The notes beneath the pieces were generated by a model. It did not search any database and was not told the origin of the DNA. It worked only from the letters and a program-made list of their open reading frames with translations. DNA of 63,513 bases, filler included, from Octopus bimaculoides (Eukaryota), in NCBI RefSeq assembly GCF_001194135.2. It is 4 parts of 4 records of this genome, joined end to end, with 100 filler letters (N's around TTAATTAATTAA, not from the genome) between each part and the next. Parts side by side here need not be neighbours in the genome. Positions count along the whole stretch, not along the records: positions 25,532 to 45,681 come from NC_068981.1; 3 more parts are not named here. One strand, given 5' to 3'. Of the stretch, positions 27,726 to 38,439 are shown piece by piece (position 1 is the stretch's first letter; the number at the start of each line of letters is the position of its first letter). The position numbers and the translations under genes were made by a program.

Positions 27726-30700
27726 GTAAGTAGACTTTAGTTTATATTATCTGGTATAACTCTACACCTTATCTCTTTGAGTTTTCTATCTGAAGTGCTG
27801 TGTTAGAAAGAAATGTTTGAGTCTACAATAAGTGCAACATATAGCCTCAAATCAATTTCCATACAAACAAGATAGGAGCAATGTTACCACAGTGGCCTTG
27901 TTCATTTATCTGCATTCAAATTTCAATTAGATTTTCAGTTTTGAATTGTACATATATTATTTTGATAACCAGTGTATTATTCGCAATTAAGACTTTGTTT
28001 TCTCTCTCTCTCTGTTTTTCCCCTTGTCAATGTTTCACTCTGTTTGCTTCTCTCTTTCTCTTTCACTCTCTCCCTTGCTGTATATATATATATATATATA
28101 TATNNNNNNNNNNNNNNNNNNNNNNNNNNNNNNNNNNNNNNNNNNNNNNNNNNNNNNNNNNNNNNNNNNNNNNNNNNNNNNNNNNNNNNNNNNNNNNNNN
28201 NNNNNNNNNNNNNNNNNNNNNNNNNNNNNNNNNNNNNNNNNNNNNNNNNNNNNNNNNNNNNNNNNNNNNNNNNNNNNNNNNNNNNNNNNNNNNNNNNNNN
28301 NNNNNNNNNNNNNNNNNNNNNNNNNNNNNNNNNNNNNNNNNNNNNNNNNNNNNNNNNNNNNNNNNNNNNNNNNNNNNNNNNNNNNNNNNNNNNNNNNNNN
28401 NNNNNNNNNNNNNNNNNNNNNNNNNNNNNNNNNNNNNNNNNNNNNNNNNNNNNNNNNNNNNNNNNNNNNNNNNNNNNNNNNNNNNNNNNNNNNNNNNNNN
28501 NNNNNNNNNNNNNNNNNNNNNNNNNNNNNNNNNNNNNNNNNNNNNNNNNNNNNNNNNNNNNNNNNNNNNNNNNNNNNNNNNNNNNNNNNNNNNNNNNNNN
28601 NNNNNNNNNNNNNNNNNNNNNNNNNNNNNNNNNNNNNNNNNNNNNNNNNNNNNNNNNNNNNNNNNNNNNNNNNNNNNNNNNNNNNNNNNNNNNNNNNNNN
28701 NNNNNNNNNNNNNNNNNNNNNNNNNNNNNNNNNNNNNNNNNNNNNNNNNNNNNNNNNNNNNNNNNNNNNNNNNNNNNNNNNNNNNNNNNNNNNNNNNNNN
28801 NNNNNNNNNNNNNNNNNNNNNNNNNNNTATATATATATATATATATATGTACGCACACATGTGCACACACACCCATATATAGTTAGTCATGTATATGGAT
28901 AACATTTATGCATATATGATCTATTCCTCTACAGGAGAAATGATGAAAAATTAATAGTGATGAAAATTTATCACAAATTTAGTATGCACTCTTTGATTGT
29001 CGTCAAAGTTGAAAAATATTATATATATTAATACACAGATACATTCAGTGTAGTACACACACAATAGCTATATACGCACTTACCTGTGATACACAGGAGA
29101 AATAGAGATATATGAAAACATAAATAAATAGATAAATAGATAAATAGACTAATAATTTTTAACACATACTTGTAATAAATATAAGAAATAGAGATAGACG
29201 AAATGAATAAATAAATAAATCCATATAAAGAGCATGGATACAAACAAGATACGAAGCGAACCTATACACACACACATAAATCCACACATGAGAAATTTCA
29301 CGGACGGCCGCAACAATATCAACAACACGTATAACAGTGACAACAGCAGCGGTGACAATGATGGCAGTAACAACGACAACAAGTACTAGGATGGCAACAC
29401 CGTGGGCGAACGCACAAACACAGAGCGATACAGGAACTGAACCAAATGTTCGGGTCTTAGGACAGCAGCAGCACAATGGGATGAGAGGATGGAGCTGTGG
29501 GAAAAGCCATACTGATGCTACGAACAATGACTCACGAAAACGAAAAGTGTCGCTGAAGAGGTTACAGATGTGTGACGAAAGATTTCTGGATCTGGACATG
29601 AGTTAAAAATTGAAAAAATAAGAACAGTAATGAACAAGTGAAGAACAAATATATAGTGCGTGTGTTTATTTGGCAAAAAAGAAAATGACCATTCCCAAAA
29701 TAAAACAATATTACATAGTGTTCATATTTATAAAGTCAAAACGTAATCGTAGCATTAATTTGTAAACGGAGCAATGGCTGCATGGTGAAGAATCTCGCTT
29801 TGCATCCTCAGGGTTTCGGGTTAAGTGCCACTGCATGACTTGTTAAGCAATTGTTCCCACTTTATAATTTAGCCAACCAATACCTTGTGGGTGTTTTCCA
29901 AGAAGTGTAGGATTCTTATAGAAAACATTTCCCTCGTATTTTAGTTGTTTACTTATGAACGCAAACATTTACTAGTATATTGTCACTCCTTTCTTTATTA
30001 TACTCTTCCTGTCCTATGTCCGGAGCACTTATGACAAATGCTATTTTAAGTATTATCAACTGAAGCAATCGTGTGTATTTTGAATCTTATCGATGTGTTT
30101 CTTTTTTCCCATTATTTAACAATGCTTCATACCATTGATAGATCAGAATAAAATAAAACCACGTGGCAAGTATTCACATAAATCAATATGCCCATGCATA
30201 CATGCATGCATGCATACATACATACATACATACATACGTACATACATACAATTCACAAAGGAGATCCAGAGATTCTCTGTATAGAAGACACTTAATAGTG
30301 CTCAAAAGATTCAAACGTAGACTCCGATGTCTTTACAGGGTAGCATTCCATAAGTTAAAGAGAATCTATAAGAGGGATCAAGTTGAGTGGGTATAGACAC
30401 AAATATGCGGATAAACAAATTAGATTTCATCAAATATATTAAATGTATTAAATGTATTAGTTTGCGTATGAACACCCCCCCCNNNNNNNNNNCCCCCACA
30501 ACACATACATTACTTCTTGGTTGTATCGCTAGGCTAGCAACTTAATCTATTTCCTTGCCGCTCCCCTTTCTTCCTCAGTGTATTTTAGATACGACTGCAG
30601 TCAATATGCTCTATTCAAGCTTAAGAGCGAAACATCAATTATGGAACGAGAGATCAAGTTATATCAAATGAAGAGCTGATCCTGTACAGCGGGGGTACAT

Positions 30701-30911
30701 TGGAATTCAGTGTATAGTTTTCCACCCAGGAGAGAGTAGTGCAGGATGTGTCGAAACAATCGTAGTGATAAATAAAGTTTCCAGTATACTCTATCTTCCA
30801 TATGAACTGTTTTTACTACACTCAACGTGCTCTGTGGAATTGTTGACGTAGATCGAACGACGATTGTGCAATTACTGTGGATGGCGCAAAATAACCATAA
30901 GCAGTGAACGT

Positions 30912-32041
30912 GAATCTTTGTCCATTCTTCAACCAAAACAGTCTCCAGTTCTTGTAGTGATGATGGTCGAGAATATTGACTCCTTACTTGTTCTTCTAAA
31001 ATGCACCATAAATGTTCAATAATATTGATAGGGGACTGTGGTGGCCAGATAAGATGTTCAACTTCACTAGAATCTTCCTCGTGGCATTCAGTAACAACTT
31101 TAGCTGTGTGAATTAGTGCATTATCATCCTGAAAGATTGCGTTTTCCTCCGGAAACAGTTCCACAACCAAATGATGAATTTGATCAGATGAAATGCTTAA
31201 ATAGTCTTGACTATTAATTCTGCCATGAAAGGAAACCTTTGGACCGACAGATTTCCAAGATATAGCCATCCAGATCATCACAGATCCTCCTCCATTTTTA
31301 ACCGTTGGAATAAGGAGGTCTGGGTCAAATTTCTTTTGGCTGTCTTCACACATATACTGGGCCGATGGTCGGAAATTAAGGAAAGGATGACTCGTTCTAG
31401 AAAATAACATTCTTCCACTGCTCTTGGGACCAATTCTATGGGGTTTTACTCCACTCTAAACGCTTTGCAACGTTTGTCTTTGAAAGTAGTGGTTTTCTAA
31501 TTGCAGCCCTCCCGTGAAATCCGGCTATGTGCAGCATCCGGCAGACAGCTTTTGTGGAAACTGGGTTCCTGAGGTGGTCATTAAGCTCTGCAGTAATTTT
31601 GGGAGCTGTAATTTTGTGATCCTTTCTAACAATTCGCGTAAGAGTCTGACGGTCCCTATCTGAAAGTTTGGGATTTGTTTCGGAGTTTTGTTTCGACAAG
31701 GAGGTTTTTCTCTCTTTCTCAAAGGCTGTCATTACTTTCAAGACAGTAGTTCTTGATACATCAAACATTTCGGCTGTTTTCGTTACGTTAGTGCCTGCCA
31801 TACGAGCACCAACAATTTGACCTCTTTGAAAGTTTGATAGATCTGTCATTTTAATGAATTTTAATTACCTTTTTCTGATGATATCTGAAAAGAAACAGCA
31901 ATGCTAGCAAAACATATTAAGCAACACTAATAATAATAAAAAAAAAACCCATTAAAATAAACAAGCTTTTGACGGTTTTATAGATATTTCAAAATTATGA
32001 TGTTATGATTCTAGGTGTTTCCATTATTTTGTCCAGCCCTG
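30912..32041 (-). mobile_element. Tc1-family DNA transposon remnant (frameshifted, 3'-truncated) in intron 1 of IL-17 gene A
   Basis: One TIR reads TA-CAGGGCTGGACAAAATAATGGAAACACC on the minus strand (end at 32041). The HTH part is ORF 31436-31849 (GQIVGARMAG..RKPLLS). The DDE part is in ORF 30664-31410 (TVKNGGGSVMIW, FQDDNA, WPPQSP-INIIEHLW). Homology stops at EEWTKI and I found no second TIR. Confidence 0.92.
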
Positions 32042-32096
<55 letters not shown>

Positions 32097-32178
32097 TACA
32101 CACATATATTTATAAGTATTATTTAATAATTTATTATCGTTGCATTTCTTTATTCCTCAAATAATTCTTATTTTACAG

Positions 32179-32709
32179 AATATCTCCCAGGTTGCAATTT
32201 TTGTCTTCTTCAACATCATCATATTTGTATCTTCGGCACCGATTGCGACCCAATGTAATATAATACCGACAGACTTGAAAGTCTGCAACAACAGCCTTTC
32301 AGATGAATCCAATGACAACGAATCTTTTGAACTGGTTATAAACGCTACAACAGGTAACCAGACAACACTGATCATCGAGCCTAAAACCAGCCTAGAATTT
32401 CATCCTGTATCTATTCATAATTCCTATGCACATTCAACCTCACCTGCTCACCCGTTGATTGAGGACGATTCAACATATATCCCTCCATTTCCTACCGGTG
32501 TAATGTGTGACAATGCAGAACGTTTTGACTGTACTGGCAATTACCGTTCTACAACTGTATACTCTAAAATGACTGTCCTGAAACGTACAGATGAATGTGT
32601 TGATGGATTGTATGTGTATAAACCAGAAGTGATTCAAATACGCACAGCCTGCGTGTGTGTTCGAAAACAGGATACCATTGTTCCTAATGAGAAAACATAT
32701 GAACAGTAA
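32179..32709 (+). CDS. IL17: IL-17-like gene A, exon 2 (divergent IL-17-like cystine-knot cytokine, about 177 aa with exon 1)
   Basis: Acceptor ttcttattttacAG ends at 32178. The ORF gives a hydrophobic signal peptide (NISQVAIFVFFNIIIFVSSA), then PIATQC..IPTDLKV and a C-terminal VLKRTDECVDGLYVYKPEVIQIRTACVC nearly identical to gene B. The IL-17 C-terminal CxC is retained. Confidence 0.85.
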   Translation, partial: NISQVAIFVFFNIIIFVSSAPIATQCNIIPTDLKVCNNSLSDESNDNESFELVINATTGNQTTLIIEPKTSLEFHPVSIHNSYAHSTSPAHPLIEDDSTYIPPFPTGVMCDNAERFDCTGNYRSTTVYSKMTVLKRTDECVDGLYVYKPEVIQIRTACVCVRKQDTIVPNEKTYEQ

Positions 32710-32838
32710 AATCGACCGACTGCCAAATTGTTCACTGCGTGTAACGCAAAAGTTATTCATAGTATTATGAAACGTGAAGTTGACCACAGTGTGGTTATCA
32801 TTATACCTATATATCTATATCTATATCTATATATATAT

Positions 32839-33291
32839 AATTTGAAGAAAAGCAACAAAAATGTATTAGATTATAGCAGTACGTACGTTTCGTTTAAACT
32901 TCATTTATTTATGTAGTGAGAACACCGCATAAGATGTGCAATGAAAATGTACTCCTCAGCTACATAATGGAAGTTCATTTCAGAAAGTCATTTTGTAAAT
33001 GTATGCCAATACAAGAGTAGGAGATGAAGAAAATACCATCTTGACTGAGCTGTTCGGTTCACTAGACTGTTGATTAACAGCCCAGTCAAGATGGTATTTC
33101 CTTCATCTCCTACTCTTGTATTTGCACACATTTAGAAAATGACTTTCTGAAATGAACTTCCATTATGCAGCTGAGGAGTGCATTTTCATTGCACATCTTA
33201 TGTAGTGTTCTCACTACATAAATAAATGAAGTTTGTACGAAACGTACGTACTGCTATAACCTAATACATTTTTGTTGCTTTTCTTCAAATT
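32839..33291. repeat. Long inverted repeat: 216-bp arms (32839-33054 and 33076-33291) with a 21-bp spacer
   Basis: Manual alignment of the left arm to the reverse complement of the right arm gives 12 mismatches and no indels (about 94% identity). Confidence 0.95.
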
Positions 33292-33835
33292 TTATTCACC
33301 AAATCTCTTGATTTTGTTTTTGGTTTTTACCCTACCAAATTCTGGTGCCACATGCATTTTAAGTACCACATTTAATTTTTTGATTAAATCTATNNNNNNN
33401 NNNNNNNNNNNNNNNNNNNNNNNNNNNNNNNNNNNNNNNNNNNNNNNNNNNNNNNNNNNNNNNNNNNNNNNNNNNNNNNNNNNNNNNNNNNNNNNNNNNN
33501 NNNNNNNNNNNNNNNNNNNNNNNNNNNNNNNNNNNNNNNNNNNNNNNNNNNNNNNNNNNNNNNNNNNNNNNNNNNNNNNNNNNNNNNNNNNNNNNNNNNN
33601 NNNNNNNNNNNNNNNNNNNNNNNNNNNNNNNNNNNNNNNNNNNNNNNNNNNNNNNNNNNNNNNNNNNNNNNNNNNNNNNNNNNNNNNNNNNNNNNNNNNN
33701 NNNNNNNNNNNNNNNNNNNNNNNNNNNNNNNNNNNNNNNNNNNNNNNNNNNNNNNNNNNNNNNNNNNNNNNNNNNNNNNNNNNNNNNNNNNNNNNNNNNN
33801 NNNNNNNNNNNNNNNNNNNNNNNNNATATATATAT

Positions 33836-34070
33836 TCTTCTTTCTTTTATTCTTTTATTTGTTTCAGTCACTTGACTGCGGTCATGCTGGAGCACCGCCT
33901 TTAGTCGAGCAAATCGACCCCAGGACTTATTCTTTGTAAGCCTAGTACTTATTCTATCGGTCTATTTTGCCGAACCGCTAAGTTATGGGGACGTAAATAC
34001 ACTAGCATCGGTTGTTCAGCGATGTTGGAGGGGGGACAGACACAGACACAAACACACACACATACGTACA
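33836..34070 (-). mobile_element. SINE family 2, 3' portion
   Basis: Nearly identical to 44811-45030. Confidence 0.85.
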
Positions 34071-34093
34071 TATGCATACACACACACACATAC

Positions 34094-34131
<38 letters not shown>

Positions 34132-34135
34132 CTTA

Positions 34136-34193
<58 letters not shown>

Positions 34194-35315
34194 GTATATT
34201 TTGGGGTCCCTTCTTCCGTAAGTATACCAAAGGGCACTATGAACCGTCTATCTTATACCGGATAGTTTTAGTTTTGTTTTTATGGTTTTATCTTCGTTTT
34301 ATTCTTGTCATGTCGAACATTTTAAACTAATTATAACTTTAATAATCAATTCCATCATATGTATATGAGACTCATCAACCTATACGGATCTAACTGAAAT
34401 TGCGTGTGTATGCGCGCACTTGGTAGGGAACATTCGTCTGGTTGAGTTTAGGGACACCTATTCAATGCGTGGACGTATGCATATGTGCATACACTCTTAC
34501 TTTTTACATATTTTATTTCATTATATTCATTTATACTACTTTTTTTTATAACTATATTGAACTATTTTAAAGGTTATTTACACGCATGTATTATTATCTA
34601 TAGCATTTATATATTCTTTATTAATTTTCAATATATGATATACAATTAATTTTATAATTTGTACATAATAATTGTACATATTTTTTAAAACACTGATTTG
34701 TAAGTAATAATTTTGCATGTTTTTATAATCATTTATTTCGCAATATTATGTTTAATAAAATATTGCTCAATATATCTTATAGATATAGGAAGCAAGAGAT
34801 CGATTTATACTGTGTATAAATTATAATTGTAACAAATTTGCATTTGATTAATAAAATATATCATAAGCATAGATATATATATTTTATCTTTGTTATTTTC
34901 TCAGTGTTATACTTTTATTTAGGGTAAAGGCTATAAGTTTTGTATAAAACATTGGACAACTGGATGTCGCATTCAAATCCTCTTTCTGTGCTTTTCTGCG
35001 ATTCTTGATATATGACTTCTGTATTGTTTGCGTACTTCTTTACGAATTACAAAATCTATTTCTCTAAACAATGCCTTTTCTAGCTAACATTATCCTTAAG
35101 AAACAGCTTACTGATAATGAGTGCATATACATATAGCCGAGGGCATGGCTAAGTGGTAAAGAAACCCGCTTTGGAACCATCTGGTTTTGGACTCAGTGTT
35201 ATCCCGTGACACTTGAGCATGTGTCTTTTACGACAGCCCTATGGTGACGAATGGCTTGTGAATACATTTGGTCGACGAAAACTAGATAGAAACTTGTCGT
35301 ACCTCGAATTCACTT

Positions 35316-35700
35316 CTCAAATTCACCCCCATCATCTCTGATACTTCTGCCAACTTTCTAGACATCTTTTCCTCTCTATCGCTCCTCTCACCCATTCTCT
35401 CACCCCCTCTACCTTCTTGAAACCCACAGACTCTACCTTAACTTTTCTTCCATCCATCCCACACCAAATGGGCCATCCTCCGACGTGACCAGGATTCCGT
35501 GACTAAATCTCGATATCTAGCCCTCGTGTTCACGTGTCATGTATACCCATCCACCCTTGTCTGAACTTCCCTCACTCGTGCCCGTCAAATCGATCGCACC
35601 ACTGTCCTCATTTCTTCCCTACACCAGTCCCCCAACTGCATCCCCTTTCCTCAATTTTTCTATTCCTCTACCCTCCCCATTCGTCGGAAGAGAAACCTTC
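35316..35700 (+). mobile_element. Penelope-like RT C-terminal fragment (degenerate)
   Basis: Manual translation KFTPIISDTSANFLDI..STFLKPTD-YLNFSSIHP matches the PLE pattern F.FLD..KPT..YL.F.S.HP. Confidence 0.6.
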
Positions 35701-35704
35701 TAAA

Positions 35705-36775
35705 AATTGTCCATAGTTTCAGCAAGGACATCGGAATGAGCATGGGGTTAGACAAATGTGCCAGAGTCACATCAAGAAGGGGCAAATTAATTAGCATTGA
35801 GAACAATGCACTCGACATAGAGACAGAAATCAGAGAATTAGAGCACAATCGCCCATGCAAATATCTATGAATAGACGAAACAGCTAAAATACAACAGATA
35901 GAAATGAAAGAATAAATTAGTATAATAGAAAGGTTAGACTAATATTAAACACCGAACTTAATGCTAAAAATAAGATAATAGGGATAAACACGCTAACCAT
36001 ACCAGTAATAAATTACAGCTTCAAGATAATAAACTAGAAGATCAGTGAATTGTGAAACGTAGGGAGAGAAACCAGCAAACTGTTAGCGGCATACCGAATC
36101 ACCACTCGAAAGCAGACGCAGATAGAATATATTTAACCCGCTCAGAAGAAGACCGTGGCCTGATACGGATAGAAAACTATTATAAAATAACAACTGCTGG
36201 ACTAGAAAATTATCAATAAACAAAACGTGGATGGCTACTACATGTAATAAAGTAACACGAGAAAAGAAAACGCTTTTCTTCTATACATGAGTGGACAAAG
36301 AACAAAACAGAAACAAACTACACTGATAAACTGACCTCAGATGACAACATAGCAAAAATGGTCAAAGAGACAATAAATATATAAATAAATAAATATGAAC
36401 ACAGAATTACAAAACATACTAAAGAAGGCTTCGTAGAGAAGTGAGCCTAATTAAAATCCGACAGTGACTCAAAGGATCTGGAATAAATGCTGAAACGGAA
36501 GGACTGATCCCCGCTGCACAAGACCAATCAATGTCTGACTACGGACAATCGTAAAAGCAAAATAATGAAAGAGGTCCTTACACCAAATGCAGAATGTGCA
36601 ACGGCATAATGTGACAGTTGACAACATCATCTCTGGCTGTACACTCCTTGCCAAATCTGAATATATACAGATACGACCGAGTAAGTAGCTATATCCACTT
36701 GACAATATGCCAACGCTACAATATAAAAACCAACAAGGAATGGTATAAACATGTGCCAAACAAGATACACACGCC
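35705..36775 (+). mobile_element. R4/Dong-type LINE fragment (RT thumb to zinc knuckle), many stops
   Basis: FSKDIGMSMGLDKCA, TELNAKNKIIGINTL, TEGLIPAAQDQ, CRMC, YDRVSSYIHLTICQRY. Confidence 0.75.
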
Positions 36776-37213
36776 TTCACCAGGTGTTGATATACCCGAT
36801 GAAAACTGGGGGGTATATCAACCGAAACGTTTGTTAACAACAAACAAGATGAGGACAAATATCCGTCAATTGTAAATAATGTAAATAATGTACATAATTC
36901 CTCATCTCTTAAATATAGAACTGTAATATATATATATNNNNNNNNNNNNNNNNNNNNNNNNNNNNNNNNNNNNNNNNNNNNNNNNNNNNNNNNNNNNNNN
37001 NNNNNNNNNNNNNNNNNNNNNNNNNNNNNNNNNNNNNNNNNNNNNNNNNNNNNNNNNNNNNNNNNNNNNNNNNNNNNNNNNNNNNNNNNNNNNNNNNNNN
37101 NNNNNNNNNNNNNNNNNNNNNNNNNNNNNNNNNNNNNNNNNNNNNNNNNNNNNNNNNNNNNNNNNNNNNNNNNNNNNNNNNNNNNNNNNNNNTATATGTG
37201 TATATATATATAT

Positions 37214-37249
<36 letters not shown>

Positions 37250-37666
37250 TGACAAAACCAAGGCTGTGTGGAATTTATAGGACATTTATAAAGAGAAAGG
37301 TAGTCTTACAGCTGCTTCTGGGATATTAGGGATATCCTTTCATCCGAGGCTATATGAGAGAGTTAACTACAGGGAAATAGCTAAAATGTTACATATCCAA
37401 AAATGTTTTATTTAATGCATATTTTTCTACGAATATACACTTTATACACAAATGTTTACATTGTATTTTTTTTTACCACAAATATATGTAATTTTTTAAT
37501 GCATAGTCAATCTAAGGTCACTGTACTCAGTCATTCTTTGAAAGAAGGAATCTGAACTAGAGATAATAAATAACTTCTTTCTAACAATCTCTGAGTATGA
37601 ATGTATATAAAGATAGATATCATCATATACATCCATACTTTCTCTCACACACACACACGCACACAG

Positions 37667-37754
<88 letters not shown>

Positions 37755-38439
37755 TCACAAATACGTACATACATTTTTAGGAGTGGTTTTCTTGCAATGT
37801 CGCAAGAGGAATTATAATTAATTTCCATGGAAACTGCGGTTGCTTTTCGGAAGGGTAGTAAAGTGTCCTTTAATTGAATAAATTGATGTCACTAATGTTG
37901 CTAAAACTGGTTATTTTTTTTAAAAAGAGGATTCATTACATTTTTTAAGATATGTTTGTTTATTGAAAGAGAGCCTCTGCATGCAAGATTGCTGAAAGGT
38001 GCCCCCTGTATTATGTGATATATACCCTTCATAGCAGGAGGCCCTATATCTAGTGAATGTCCGGAGCAATTGCCCTTTACGCCCCCAATGTATCCGGCCC
38101 CGGTTATACGTCCTTGCCCCTTACCTCGTTTACTGCACATCAACCCACGAAGAACACAAAAAAGTTTTCCACCCCGACAAGCTTAAATGTCCGCACCCAC
38201 TACAATATTCGTTTGGTTAAGGGTGTAATTGTTTCTGTAGACTATTTAATTTACTGAGATAAATTAAGCATGTGAAAGTGATTGTACGCACTTCTCAGTA
38301 CGTGAATATTAAAGCATAACGGAAATAATCATACGACAAAACATTTCTTTAATAAAACAATGAAGAAACAAATGTCATAGATGCAATCCTATGCAGTTAT
38401 ATAGGGCACTATAGTATATTTACATATACGACACACAGA

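Noticed and set aside
29337-29606. 89-aa ORF in intron 1 of gene A
   Set aside because: It begins in a decayed (AAC/GAC) microsatellite, shows no recognisable motif and has no splice support.
30664-30911. C-terminal extension of the 248-aa Tc1 ORF
   Set aside because: Read-through into unrelated sequence after the transposon is truncated. There is no evidence of a domesticated fusion, and the first catalytic motif is frameshifted.
32140-32178. ORF-track N-termini of the IL-17 ORFs (MHFFIPQ.. at 32140 and MFIQINS.. at 40421)
   Set aside because: They start at TTG inside intronic pyrimidine tracts. The upstream first exons give proper ATG starts and signal peptides.
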